From Chitinophagales bacterium (GTDB taxonomy: Bacteria > Bacteroidota > Bacteroidia > Chitinophagales > UBA8649), in NCBI GenBank assembly GCA_020635975.1, contig JACJYT010000002.1:301540-365539 (forward strand): 64,000 nt of DNA. Direction: 5' to 3'. Of this stretch, positions 37,988-47,647 are shown piece after piece (positions within the stretch are counted from its first letter, which is position 1; each line of letters starts with the position of its first letter). The notes under the pieces were generated by a model that worked only from the letters and a program-made list of their open reading frames with translations, did not search any database and was not told the origin of the DNA. The position numbers were made by a program, and so were the translations under genes.

Positions 37988-38527
37988 TTAAAAGTTTAGT
38001 TTGAGTTCATATTCAAATTTGTTTAGAAGGCTCATTCCCTTAATTTGATATAGCTTATCTAGTTCTAAAAGTTCGTCTATGCTAAATAAATTTACATGAA
38101 TTAGAAGATTATCTTGTAAAGCGTATCTAATTTTTTCGAAGAGTAAATTTCTTGGGAAATTTATATATTGTATTAAGTTCTGTTTTATTATCTGCTCTAT
38201 AGCTAGAGCCTTTTTTGGGTTCTTCACTTCGACGGCAAGTAGAATTATTAGGTCATCCCGACTTAAATCATTTATCGGAATATTACAGTTCGGAATAGAC
38301 AGGGGAAGGGTATCTTGCAAATAAAGGATATCCGAACGACTCCAATTTAGCAAGATCTCATTTTGGAAAGAATAAGTCCCTAAAAAAAGGATTATTTGAT
38401 CTTCATTACTCGCTTTATTGCCTTTGTCATTTACTAGGTTTACTGCTCGAACCAATTCGATACTAAAATTTTGTGCAAATAATGGCATGCTAAAAACCAA
38501 GAAAAATGAAAATACACTTAGCCTCAT
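37988..38527 (-). CDS. hypothetical exported protein
   Basis: Signal peptide MRLSVFSFFLVFSMPLFAQ. No family recognised. It is the first gene of the co-directional string with the two T9SS proteins. Confidence 0.5.
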   Translation of the reverse strand: MRLSVFSFFLVFSMPLFAQNFSIELVRAVNLVNDKGNKASNEDQIILFLGTYSFQNEILLNWSRSDILYLQDTLPLSIPNCNIPINDLSRDDLIILLAVEVKNPKKALAIEQIIKQNLIQYINFPRNLLFEKIRYALQDNLLIHVNLFSIDELLELDKLYQIKGMSLLNKFEYELKLNF

Positions 38528-38630
38528 GGAGTGGAATTATCTGTCACTAAAGGTAAAAATAATCTTAGTGCTATTCAGCTAATTTCTACATAGATAGAAG
38601 TAAGTAATCCAGCTTGATAGATTATTGCTA

Positions 38631-38638
38631 TAAATTTG
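38631..38638 (+). promoter_or_regulatory. -7 promoter box TAAATTTG upstream of the aldolase gene
   Basis: TAnnTTTG match 22 nt before ATG 38661. Confidence 0.45.
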
Positions 38639-38660
38639 CTTAATTTTGTGAGCAAATTAA

Positions 38661-39731
38661 ATGCAAAGAATGAAAACGCAAGAAATAATCCAAGTTTTAG
38701 GAGAAGAAAGAGCTAAGAGCTTGTTAGATTTTAACACACCTGCGATTGCAAAAAGTCGCCTTCACTTACCTAGTCCAACATTTATAGAGGATATTTGGAA
38801 AGATAGTAATAGAACGAATCCCGTTTTAAACAGCTTGGCTGCTATTCAAAACCATGGTCGTTTAGGAGGCACTGGTTATGTATCGATTTTGCCGGTCGAC
38901 CAAGGAATAGAGCACACAGCAGGAGCATCTTTTGCACCAAATCCAGATTATTTCGATCCAGAAAATATTGTTAAGTTAGCCATAGAAGGTGGATGCAATG
39001 CAGTAGCATCAACCTATGGTGTGCTTGCTTCAGTTAGTAGAAAGTATGCACATAAAATTCCTTTTGTTGTGAAGATTAATCATAACGAATTACTCACTTA
39101 CCCAAATTCATTTCAACAAGTGATGTTTGGAACGGTTAAAGATGCTTGGAATATGGGAGCAGTTGCAGTAGGTGCAACGATATATTTTGGAAGTGAAGAT
39201 TCTAGAAGACAAATCGTAGAGATTGCTGAAGCTTTTGAATATGCCCACGAACTAGGAATGGCTACAATTTTATGGTGCTACGCTAGAAATGATCACTTCA
39301 AAAAAGATGGGGTAGATTATCATGTTGCTAGCGATATTACTTCGCAAGCAAATCATTTAGGGGTTACCATTCAAGCCGATATAATTAAACAGAAGTTGCC
39401 AGAGAATAATGGAGGTTTTAATGCTATTAAATTTGCGAAAACGCATCCTAAAATGTATTCTGAATTATGCACGGATCACCCTATTGATTTATGCCGTTAT
39501 CAAGTGGCAAATTGCTACATGGGAAGAGTAGGTTTGATTAACTCGGGTGGTGCTTCAAGTGGCGAGTCCGATTTAGGAGATGCTGTTGCAACGGCCATCA
39601 TCAATAAGAGAGCTGGAGGAATGGGATTAATATCTGGTAGAAAGGCATTTCAAAAAGATTTAGCAACTGGAGTTAAATTACTGAATGCTATTCAAGATGT
39701 ATATTTGAACGATGAAATTACTATCGCTTAA
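38661..39731 (+). CDS. fbaB: class I fructose-bisphosphate aldolase (FbaB/DhnA type)
   Basis: ~350 aa with [10 protein letters not shown] and other DhnA-type aldolase features. Confidence 0.8.
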   Translation: MQRMKTQEIIQVLGEERAKSLLDFNTPAIAKSRLHLPSPTFIEDIWKDSNRTNPVLNSLAAIQNHGRLGGTGYVSILPVDQGIEHTAGASFAPNPDYFDPENIVKLAIEGGCNAVASTYGVLASVSRKYAHKIPFVVKINHNELLTYPNSFQQVMFGTVKDAWNMGAVAVGATIYFGSEDSRRQIVEIAEAFEYAHELGMATILWCYARNDHFKKDGVDYHVASDITSQANHLGVTIQADIIKQKLPENNGGFNAIKFAKTHPKMYSELCTDHPIDLCRYQVANCYMGRVGLINSGGASSGESDLGDAVATAIINKRAGGMGLISGRKAFQKDLATGVKLLNAIQDVYLNDEITIA

Positions 39732-39780
39732 TTTAAGATTTCGAGGAGATAGTTATTGAGCAAGCTGAATAAAAAACAAA

Positions 39781-40638
39781 ATGTCAAATTGGTTTAAAAG
39801 AATTACACAAGGTATTCGTACCAACGCGAAGGATAAGAAGGAAATGCCCGAAGGGCTTTGGTTTCAATGTCCTCGCTGTAAGACAACCATTCCTCAAGTG
39901 GAACATAAGGAAAACTTGAGTGTTTGTTCTTCTTGTAATTACCACGATAGATGGTCGCCAAAGGAGTACTTCGACTTGTTTTTCGATGAGCATACTCGAC
40001 CAAAATTATTGTTTGATAATTTGTTTCCTGTAGATAGTTTGGAATTCGAAGATTTAAAGAAATATAAGGATAGAATAGCACAAGCGGAGGAAAGTTCTGG
40101 AGCAAATGAAGCGATGGATGTAGCCACAGGTAAAATGGGTGGTGCCAAAGTGGTGGTTGCTGCTATGAATTTTGCGTACATCGGTGGTTCGATGGGAGCC
40201 GTTGTTGGCGAAAAAATTTCTAGATCAATTGATTATTGTATAGAGAATAAATGTCCGCTAATAATTATCAGTAAATCGGGTGGTGCTAGAATGATGGAGT
40301 CGGGCATTTCATTAATGCAAATGATAAAAACTTCCGCTAAATTAACTTTATTGTCGGATGCAAAGCTGCCTTATATTAGTTTAATGACAGACCCAACAAC
40401 GGGTGGAGTTACCGCCTCTTTTTCTATGTTAGGCGATTTGAATATAGCTGAACCTGGTGCCTTGATTGGTTTTGCAGGTCCAAGGGTTATCATGGAAACC
40501 ATAAAGGCAAAAGAATTGCCAGAGGGATTTCAAACATCTGAGTTTTTGAAAGAGCATGGTTTCTTGGATTTCATAGTGGAGCGAAAAGAAATGAAGAAGA
40601 AGCTGGTAGAGGCTTTACAAATCTTAAAATTGCAATAG
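39781..40638 (+). CDS. accD: acetyl-CoA carboxylase carboxyltransferase subunit beta
   Basis: N-terminal zinc ribbon CPRCKT...CSSCNYH, plus IGGSMGAVVGEK and GGARMMES motifs. Confidence 0.92.
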   Translation: MSNWFKRITQGIRTNAKDKKEMPEGLWFQCPRCKTTIPQVEHKENLSVCSSCNYHDRWSPKEYFDLFFDEHTRPKLLFDNLFPVDSLEFEDLKKYKDRIAQAEESSGANEAMDVATGKMGGAKVVVAAMNFAYIGGSMGAVVGEKISRSIDYCIENKCPLIIISKSGGARMMESGISLMQMIKTSAKLTLLSDAKLPYISLMTDPTTGGVTASFSMLGDLNIAEPGALIGFAGPRVIMETIKAKELPEGFQTSEFLKEHGFLDFIVERKEMKKKLVEALQILKLQ

Positions 40639-40707
40639 TTCCTGATTTCTAGATTTGAATTCTTTGAAATTATCTAAAAAAAACTAGGTATTTTTTATAA
40701 AGAATTG

Positions 40708-40715
40708 TTATCTTT
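40708..40715 (+). promoter_or_regulatory. -7 promoter box TATCTTTG upstream of rpsO
   Basis: TAnnTTTG match in the context TTATCTTTGCAC, 31 nt before ATG 40747. Confidence 0.5.
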
Positions 40716-40746
40716 GCACGCTATTAAAAAGACGAAGAATAAAGTT

Positions 40747-41019
40747 ATGGAAAAAATAACAGCAGAAAGAAAACAAGAAATTTTTAAAGAATTTGGTGGA
40801 GCAAGTGCAAACACTGGTTCTGTTGAAGGTCAAGTTGCCTTATTTACAGAAAGAATTCTACATTTAACAGAGCATGTTAAGAAAAACAGAAAAGATTTTT
40901 CTAACACAAAGGCACTAACCAAAATGGTTGGTAAAAGAAGAAAATTACTGTCTTATTTAGCCAAGAAAGACGTTCTTAAATACAGAGAGCTAATTAAAAC
41001 TCTCGGACTGAGAAGATAG
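40747..41019 (+). CDS. rpsO: 30S ribosomal protein S15
   Basis: MEKITAERKQEIFKEFGG...GKRRKLLSYLAKKD, 90 aa. The ATG at 40747 is preferred to the track's TTG at 40705, which would lie upstream of the promoter box. Confidence 0.93.
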   Translation: MEKITAERKQEIFKEFGGASANTGSVEGQVALFTERILHLTEHVKKNRKDFSNTKALTKMVGKRRKLLSYLAKKDVLKYRELIKTLGLRR

Positions 41020-41033
41020 TTAATCCAGATTAT

Positions 41034-41072
41034 AGATGCCACCCATTTTCAAAGGTGGCATCTTTCATTTTT
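41034..41072 (+). terminator. rpsO-pnp intergenic hairpin (terminator/attenuator-like)
   Basis: AGATGCCACC (41034..41043) pairs with GGTGGCATCT (41054..41063), giving a 10-bp stem and a 10-nt loop. It is followed by a T-rich tract TTCATTTTT. The pnp ATG is only 22 nt further on. Confidence 0.65.
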
Positions 41073-41085
41073 ATAAAATACGTTT

Positions 41086-43194
41086 ATGCAATTAGGAATT
41101 ACTAAGTCCCTTACTTTAAGTAACGGCACCACTATATCTATAGAAACAGGTAAATTGGCTAAACAAGCTGATGGATCTGTAGTTTTAAAACAAGGAGATA
41201 CCATGATCTTAGCAACGGTTGTTGCTGAAAAAACGGCAGGAGAGGATGTAGACTTCATGCCTTTAATGGTGGATTATAAAGAAAATTTTTCGGCAACTGG
41301 TAGAATTCCAGGTGGATTTTTAAGACGCGAGTCTAGACCATCGGATCATGAAGTACTTATTTGTCGTTTGGTAGATAGAGCCTTACGCCCTATGTTCCCA
41401 GAAGATTTTCATGCTAACACCGTAGTTACACTAAGATTATTATCTAGTGATTTAGAAACTCTTCCAGATGCTTTAGTGTGTTTGGCTGCATCTGCGGCAA
41501 TACAAGTTTCTGATATTCCATTTATAGAACCAATTTCAGAAGTAAGAGTTGCTCGAATTGATGGAGAATTTAGAATTAACCCAAGTTTATCAGAATTGGC
41601 AACAGCTGATTTGGACATTATTATAGCGGCCACTAAGGAGAATATTGTAATGGTAGAAGGGGAAATGCAAGAAGTTAGTGAAGCAGAAATGGCTGAAGCC
41701 ATCCGAGTAGGTCATGAAGCCATTAAATTACAATGTGATTTGCAATTAGAATTGGCAGCTGCTGTGGGAAGAGTTCCAAGAGAATATGTGCACGAAAAAT
41801 CTAACGAAGATTTGAAGAAAGCGATATTTGATTTTTCTTTTGAAAAATTTAAAGCAATTGCAGCCAAAGGCTTAGCAAATAAATCAGAAAGATCTGCTTT
41901 ATTTTCAGAAGTAAAAGAAGAATTCTTAGCAAGCTTAAGTGAGGAGGAAAAAGCAGAAAACAAGTTTTTAATTTCTCAATACTTCAAAGCTGCTCAAAAA
42001 GAAGCGGTTAGAGAAGTGATGTTGGCTACAGGTGTTCGTCTAGATGGAAGAAAATTAAATCAAATTCGTCCGATTTGGAGTGAAGTAAACTATTTGCCTA
42101 AGGCGCATGGTTCTGCCGTCTTTACGCGTGGAGAAACCCAATCTTTAACAACAGTAACCCTAGGATCTAAAAAAGATGAGCAACTAATTGATGGGGCATT
42201 TTTTAGTGGAACAGATGGTTTTATGTTACACTATAATTTCCCTTCTTTTTCAACTGGTGAAGCGCGTATGCCAAGAGGCGTAAGCAGAAGAGAAATTGGA
42301 CATGGTAATCTTGCACATAGAGCAATAAAGAGAATGTTGCCTGCCGACAATGCCTATACAGTTAGAATAGTATCCGATATTTTAGAATCTAATGGATCTT
42401 CTTCTATGGCTACGGTATGCGCTGGAACGCTTGCATTAATGGATGCGGGAGTTCAAATTACTAGACCAGTATCTGGTATTGCCATGGGCCTTATTACAGA
42501 CGGTAAGCGTTTTGCCGTTTTGTCGGATATTTTAGGAGATGAGGATCATTTAGGAGATATGGACTTTAAAGTTACCGGAACAGAGAAAGGTATTACTGCG
42601 GTTCAAATGGATATCAAAATAGATGGTTTATCTTTTGAAATTTTGAATCAAGCTTTGAACCAAGCAAAAGAAGGCCGACTTCATATCTTAGGTGAAATGG
42701 CTAAAACTCTTGCTGCACCTAATCCTACATTCAAAGAGCACACTCCTCAAATTGTAAATATTAGAATTCCAGGAGATACAATAGGTGCGGTTATCGGTCC
42801 AGGTGGAAAAATCATTCAAGAAATTCAGGCTTATTCTGGTGCAACTATTAGCATTACAGAAGAAGGCGACGAAGGAATTGTACAAATTTATGCTCCAAAC
42901 GCAGAATCTATCAAAATGGCTACAGATAGAGTTAGAGGCATTGTTGCTAAACCAGAAGTTGGCGAAGTATACGATGGTGTAGTAAAAAGCATTAAAGAAT
43001 TTGGCGCTTTTGTAGAGTTTTTACCAGGTAAGCAAGCCTTAGTTCATATTTCTGAATTATCTCATTCAAGAATTGATAAAATGGAAGATTCTGGCTTGAA
43101 AGAGGGAGACCATATCCAAGTGAAGATTACTAAGTTTGATGACAAAAAACAAAAGTTTGTGCTATCTCGTAAAGCCTTGTTGCCGAAAGAATAA
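41086..43194 (+). CDS. pnp: polyribonucleotide nucleotidyltransferase (PNPase)
   Basis: Two RNase PH domains, a KH domain ([11 protein letters not shown]) and an S1 domain ([20 protein letters not shown]), 702 aa. Confidence 0.97.
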   Translation: MQLGITKSLTLSNGTTISIETGKLAKQADGSVVLKQGDTMILATVVAEKTAGEDVDFMPLMVDYKENFSATGRIPGGFLRRESRPSDHEVLICRLVDRALRPMFPEDFHANTVVTLRLLSSDLETLPDALVCLAASAAIQVSDIPFIEPISEVRVARIDGEFRINPSLSELATADLDIIIAATKENIVMVEGEMQEVSEAEMAEAIRVGHEAIKLQCDLQLELAAAVGRVPREYVHEKSNEDLKKAIFDFSFEKFKAIAAKGLANKSERSALFSEVKEEFLASLSEEEKAENKFLISQYFKAAQKEAVREVMLATGVRLDGRKLNQIRPIWSEVNYLPKAHGSAVFTRGETQSLTTVTLGSKKDEQLIDGAFFSGTDGFMLHYNFPSFSTGEARMPRGVSRREIGHGNLAHRAIKRMLPADNAYTVRIVSDILESNGSSSMATVCAGTLALMDAGVQITRPVSGIAMGLITDGKRFAVLSDILGDEDHLGDMDFKVTGTEKGITAVQMDIKIDGLSFEILNQALNQAKEGRLHILGEMAKTLAAPNPTFKEHTPQIVNIRIPGDTIGAVIGPGGKIIQEIQAYSGATISITEEGDEGIVQIYAPNAESIKMATDRVRGIVAKPEVGEVYDGVVKSIKEFGAFVEFLPGKQALVHISELSHSRIDKMEDSGLKEGDHIQVKITKFDDKKQKFVLSRKALLPKE

Positions 43195-43225
43195 GTATTT
43201 TTTAGATAGTTGAAAATCATAGGAA

Positions 43226-43258
43226 AGGCCGAATCACTCAGTGATTCGGCCTTTTTTT
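43226..43258 (+). terminator. intrinsic terminator after pnp
   Basis: AGGCCGAATCAC tca GTGATTCGGCCT, a 12-bp stem, followed by T7. Confidence 0.85.
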
Positions 43259-43343
43259 ATCCTTTATGCAATAATTCGGCTTGAAATGAAACTTATTTTT
43301 AACACTTCCGTAAATAAACCTACATCTTCAAAAATTAACATTT

Positions 43344-43781
43344 ATGGACTTGATAAATTTATTTAATAAGGATTCAAATATGGAGTTTAAAAGTGCTCTG
43401 CATTTTGACTCTGAATTTGCTTCCATAAATTTTGAAGAAGCTCCGCTTCCAAAGGTTCACAATACTATAGAAGATAAAATGAAGAAGGTTCGTAAGAACT
43501 TGCACTTAATCGATAATTGCTTGGCCACCAAAAGAACAGATATTCTACCGGCCTATGAGTTAAGAAAATATGGTGTGTTGGCTTTAAGAACCGCAGCATT
43601 AGATTTTGAAGAAAAAGGAGAGTTTGAAGATTTTGCTTCAAATAGAATTGAAAGTTTAATGAATAGAGCAATCGCAGAAGCTCACATGATGACGAAGATA
43701 ACTGCGGAATCCATTGAAGAAGATCAAATTCATAAAGAATTTGCTTCCATACATAATAGGTTTAGTACCCTATTATTTTAG
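43344..43781 (+). CDS. hypothetical protein (weak by-eye resemblance to sigma-70 region 2.1-2.2)
   Basis: Track ORF flanked by terminators on both sides. The segment LALRTAALDFEEKGEFEDFASNRIESLMNRAIAEA loosely parallels the sigma-70 [36 protein letters not shown], needing 2 gaps. This is not enough for a family call. Confidence 0.4.
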   Translation: MDLINLFNKDSNMEFKSALHFDSEFASINFEEAPLPKVHNTIEDKMKKVRKNLHLIDNCLATKRTDILPAYELRKYGVLALRTAALDFEEKGEFEDFASNRIESLMNRAIAEAHMMTKITAESIEEDQIHKEFASIHNRFSTLLF

Positions 43782-43806
43782 TTTTAGTTAGTTAGTTTAA
43801 AAAATG

Positions 43807-43838
43807 CGGCATGAATTAAATTTCATGCCGTATTTTTG
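43807..43838 (+). terminator. intrinsic terminator after 43344..43781
   Basis: CGGCATGAA ...loop... TTCATGCCG (43807..43830) followed by TATTTTTGTTTT. Confidence 0.7.
43831..43838 (+). promoter_or_regulatory. candidate -7 box TATTTTTG upstream of rpe
   Basis: TAnnTTTG match 21 nt before ATG 43860. It overlaps the T-tract of the preceding terminator, so it is ambiguous. Confidence 0.3.
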
Positions 43839-43859
43839 TTTTAACCAATTGCTTCATCC

Positions 43860-44507
43860 ATGTCTACCATAATTGCCCCTTCTATTTTAGCTGCAGATTT
43901 TTCTCATCTTCAAAAAGATATTCAGTTAATTAATGATTCTGTGGCAGAATGGGTTCATGTAGATGTTATGGATGGTGTTTTCGTTCCGAATATTTCTTTC
44001 GGATTTCCTATTCTGGAGGTGGTTAAGGCGAATACCTCTAAATTTATTGATGTACATTTAATGATGGTACATCCTGAAAGATATATTAGTCAATTTGTGC
44101 AAGCTGGTGCAAATGGAATCTCTGTGCATTACGAGGGAAACTATCACTTGCATAGCCTTATGCAGCAAATAAGAAGTGCAGGTGCAAAGTCGGGAGTAGT
44201 ACTTAATCCACACACTCCAGTTTCTTTACTCAAAGGAATGTTACATTTGGTAGATACTTTATTAATTATGTCTGTTAACCCTGGCTTTGGAGGACAGAAA
44301 TTTATTCCTGAAAGTATTGCTAAGGTTGCAGAAGCAAAAGCTTTAATACAAAAAGAAGCTTGTTCTACTTTAATACAAGTGGATGGCGGTGTGAACACGG
44401 AGAATTGCCTTGCACTGAAAAAGGCTGGAGCGGATGTTTTAGTTGCTGGTAGTGCAGTTTTTAAAGCGGATAATCCCATCGAATACATAGCACAGCTAGC
44501 GCAATAA
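43860..44507 (+). CDS. rpe: ribulose-phosphate 3-epimerase
   Basis: PSILAADF, HVDVMDGVFVPN and MSVNPGFGGQKF motifs. Confidence 0.93.
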   Translation: MSTIIAPSILAADFSHLQKDIQLINDSVAEWVHVDVMDGVFVPNISFGFPILEVVKANTSKFIDVHLMMVHPERYISQFVQAGANGISVHYEGNYHLHSLMQQIRSAGAKSGVVLNPHTPVSLLKGMLHLVDTLLIMSVNPGFGGQKFIPESIAKVAEAKALIQKEACSTLIQVDGGVNTENCLALKKAGADVLVAGSAVFKADNPIEYIAQLAQ

Positions 44508-44547
44508 TATTCTATAATAAGTGTTTTAAATTCTCGTTTTACTTGTA

Positions 44548-47079
44548 ATGTTTTTTAGACTAGCACTTTTCTTTTTTCTTAGCCTACTTAGTTTTTCCTT
44601 GGGCCATGCGCAGAATTTTGTGCTAAAGGGTCAAGTTCAAGACAATCTTGGTCATCAAGCACAATTTGTAAATGTTTATATAGAAGAATTAAAATTAGGT
44701 AAGTTAACAGATGCAAAAGGGCGATTTGAGTTTGAACTTCCTATAAATAGAGAGTTTACATTGAGCATTCAAGGCTTAAATCTAATTAGCAATAGTTTTA
44801 AAGTGTTTTCTAGCACTAGCGCAGAGCAAATTCAAACTTATACACTAAAGGTAAATACGAAGTTTGAGGTAGATATTTACGGGGAAAAACAAGAACCAAG
44901 AGAACTTATTAGTACTGGAGAAATAAAAATAAAGGAGGTCGAAACGATTCCCAATATTGGAGGTGGTGTAGAGGCCTTCCTCGTTACCCAATTGGGTGTT
45001 CAGAAAAATAATGAGTTAAGTTCTGCTTATTCTGTTAGAGGAGGAAACTTCGATGAAAACTTGGTCTATGTGAATGATTTTGAGGTGTACCGACCTTTTT
45101 TAATACGTTCTGGCCAACAAGAAGGATTGAGTTTTGTTAATCCGGACATGACCGATAAATTAGTTTTTTCTTCAGGAGGTTTTCAAGCCAAATATGGCGA
45201 TAAAATGTCTTCTGTATTGGATGTAACTTATCGTCGTCCTCGAGAATTCGGTGGTTCTGTTAGCGCTAGTCTCTTGGGTGCAAATATCCAATTAGAGGGT
45301 TTAGATAAACCACGTCGATTTTCATACTCCTTAGGTTTTAGATATAAAACAAGTAGATATATTTTAGGTTCTCAAGATGTAAAGGGTCAGTATTTGCCTT
45401 CTTTTATCGATTTACAGGGTTTTTTTACTTATCAAATAAATGAAAGAATACATCTCGAATTTTTAAGCAATTTTGCTCAGAATAGCTTCTATTTTCAACC
45501 AGAAGATCGCTCAACTGATTTTGGTCTAGTTAATTTTCAAACTAGATTCAATGTGTACTACGAGGGCGAGGAAGACGATAGCTACCAAAGTTTAATGAAC
45601 GGAATCAGCTTGGTGCAAAAGGTAAATGATAAGCTCCAGCTAAAATATTTACTTGGTGCTTATAGCATGAGCGAAAGAGAAAAGTTTGATATTATCGGTG
45701 ATTATTATTTGGGAGAAGTAGAAACCGATCCATCCAAAGAAAATGTTGGCGAAGTAAAATACGAATTGGGTTCAGGCACCTTTCATGATTGGGCAAGAAA
45801 TGTGCTCAATACCACTATAATTCAGGGAGCTCATAAAGGATCTTATTCCCTTGAGAAACATGAACTTCAATGGGGCTTCACGTATAAAAAGGAAATTATA
45901 AAGGATAAGATAAGCGAATGGGAACGAAGAGATTCTACGGGTTATTCTTTACCTAATTCAAGTACCCAAGTTCTTTTATACGATGTGCTTAAAGCAGAAC
46001 CTTTTGACTTAAATAGTAATCGATATAGTGCCTTTATTCAAGATACTTGGAAAATTGGGGATAGTGCCCGTCTTAGTTGGAATTATGGCTTAAGAATGCA
46101 GTATTGGGATGTAAACAAAGAATGGCTCTTTTCTCCAAGAACGCAATTAGCCTACAAGCCTAAAACAAAGAAGGATATTATTCTTACTGCGGCAGCAGGT
46201 TTATATATGCAGGCTCCTTTTTACAGGGAAATGAGAAATTTGGATGGTGTTGTCAACACCAATTTAAAAGCGCAGAAATCTGCGCATATGGTAATGGGAT
46301 TAAACTATGCTTTCAAAGCTTGGAATAGACCTTTCAAATTTGTAACGGAAGCTTACTACAAATATATTTGGGATGGTGTACCCTACGAATTTGATAATGT
46401 ACTCATTCGCTACTTCGGTAAGAATAATTCTAAAGGCTATGTGGCTGGTTTAGATCTCCGACTTCATGGTGAACTAGCAAAGGGTGCAGAAAGTTGGGTA
46501 AGCTTATCTATTATGAGCGGGCAAGAAGATATTCGTGATGATTTTTACACAGAAACGGAAGTAAGAAAAACCAAGGAAGAAGGAAACGGACAAATAATTA
46601 ATGAGACTTTAGATACTGTTTCGGTAAATACGGTGTACCCAGGCTATGTTCCGCGACCAACAGATCAAAGAGTTAGTTTTGCGGTTTTCTTCCAAGATTA
46701 CGTTCCTAAGCTTCCTTTCTTAAAAGTTCATATGAATTTGATATTTGCAAGTGGTTTGCCTTTCGGACCACCAGATAACAATCGCTATGCAGATACTTAT
46801 CGTATCCCTTCGTATCGTAGATTTGATGTAGGATTCTCTGCTATGCTTTTTGATATTGAAAAGAAAGAAGCCAAAGGAAAAGTGCCAAAAAGCTTTTTTA
46901 AGTATTTAGATAGAATATGGTTATCCTTAGAAGTGTATAATCTTTTTGGTATCCAGAATACCGTTTCCTATATTTGGATAGAGGGTTTAGACCCAAGAAC
47001 CGGAACTTTTGGGCAATATGCCGTGCCTAATTACTTAACTAATAGAAGGCTTAATCTCCGATTTAAAATAGATTTTTAA
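44548..47079 (+). CDS. TonB-dependent outer-membrane receptor with N-terminal carboxypeptidase-regulatory-like domain
   Basis: Signal peptide, a CarbopepD_reg-like N-terminus (VLKGQVQDNLGHQAQFVNVY), a plug region, and a long beta-barrel ending in the terminal aromatic ...RFKIDF. Confidence 0.85.
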   Translation: MFFRLALFFFLSLLSFSLGHAQNFVLKGQVQDNLGHQAQFVNVYIEELKLGKLTDAKGRFEFELPINREFTLSIQGLNLISNSFKVFSSTSAEQIQTYTLKVNTKFEVDIYGEKQEPRELISTGEIKIKEVETIPNIGGGVEAFLVTQLGVQKNNELSSAYSVRGGNFDENLVYVNDFEVYRPFLIRSGQQEGLSFVNPDMTDKLVFSSGGFQAKYGDKMSSVLDVTYRRPREFGGSVSASLLGANIQLEGLDKPRRFSYSLGFRYKTSRYILGSQDVKGQYLPSFIDLQGFFTYQINERIHLEFLSNFAQNSFYFQPEDRSTDFGLVNFQTRFNVYYEGEEDDSYQSLMNGISLVQKVNDKLQLKYLLGAYSMSEREKFDIIGDYYLGEVETDPSKENVGEVKYELGSGTFHDWARNVLNTTIIQGAHKGSYSLEKHELQWGFTYKKEIIKDKISEWERRDSTGYSLPNSSTQVLLYDVLKAEPFDLNSNRYSAFIQDTWKIGDSARLSWNYGLRMQYWDVNKEWLFSPRTQLAYKPKTKKDIILTAAAGLYMQAPFYREMRNLDGVVNTNLKAQKSAHMVMGLNYAFKAWNRPFKFVTEAYYKYIWDGVPYEFDNVLIRYFGKNNSKGYVAGLDLRLHGELAKGAESWVSLSIMSGQEDIRDDFYTETEVRKTKEEGNGQIINETLDTVSVNTVYPGYVPRPTDQRVSFAVFFQDYVPKLPFLKVHMNLIFASGLPFGPPDNNRYADTYRIPSYRRFDVGFSAMLFDIEKKEAKGKVPKSFFKYLDRIWLSLEVYNLFGIQNTVSYIWIEGLDPRTGTFGQYAVPNYLTNRRLNLRFKIDF

Positions 47080-47080
47080 T

Positions 47081-47114
47081 AAAAAAATCCCGATGTACCT
47101 AGGTGCATCGGGAT
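47081..47114 (-). terminator. intrinsic terminator for ndk (shared convergent region)
   Basis: ATCCCGATGTACC/GGTGCATCGGGAT hairpin (47087..47114). On the minus strand it is followed by T7 (A7 at 47081..47087 on the plus strand). Confidence 0.7.
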
Positions 47115-47137
47115 AATAAACTAAGTTTTTTTTGAAT

Positions 47138-47557
47138 CTAGAAGCGCTCTAATCCGCTGAAGAAAAAGTTTCCTTCAATGGCGGCATTTTCATCACTATC
47201 ACTTCCATGAATAGCATTTCTTCCTATATTTTCTGCAAATTTTTGACGAATTGTTCCTTCTGCTGCATCTGCAGGATTAGTTGCACCAATTAAGGTTCTA
47301 AAATCCGCAACCGCATTATCTTTTTCCAAAATAGCTGCATAAATAGGTCCTTCTGTCATAAAGTCTACTAACTCACCATAAAATGGTCTTGCCGCATGCA
47401 CCGCGTAGAAGGCTTGAGCTTGTTCTACACTTAATTTAGTGTATTTTAAAGCAACTACTTTAAAGCCTGATTTTAAAATTTGATCTAAAATCGCACCTGC
47501 ATGACCGTTAGCAGTTGCATCAGGTTTAATCATCGTAAAGGTTCTATTTGTTGACAT
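47138..47557 (-). CDS. ndk: nucleoside-diphosphate kinase
   Basis: [11 protein letters not shown] and the active-site NAIHGSDS motif, 139 aa. Confidence 0.95.
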   Translation of the reverse strand: MSTNRTFTMIKPDATANGHAGAILDQILKSGFKVVALKYTKLSVEQAQAFYAVHAARPFYGELVDFMTEGPIYAAILEKDNAVADFRTLIGATNPADAAEGTIRQKFAENIGRNAIHGSDSDENAAIEGNFFFSGLERF

Positions 47558-47595
47558 ATGGATTATTTTTTTTAATTAATTTTTGAAATATGCTG

Positions 47596-47603
47596 CAAAG
47601 CTA
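47596..47603 (-). promoter_or_regulatory. candidate -7 box TAGCTTTG upstream of ndk
   Basis: The reverse complement of CAAAGCTA matches TAnnTTTG, 38 nt before the ndk ATG (47557). Confidence 0.4.
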
Positions 47604-47647
47604 TGCTTATTCGTGCAATTTTGCTATTATAACTTTAACTTTGTGAA

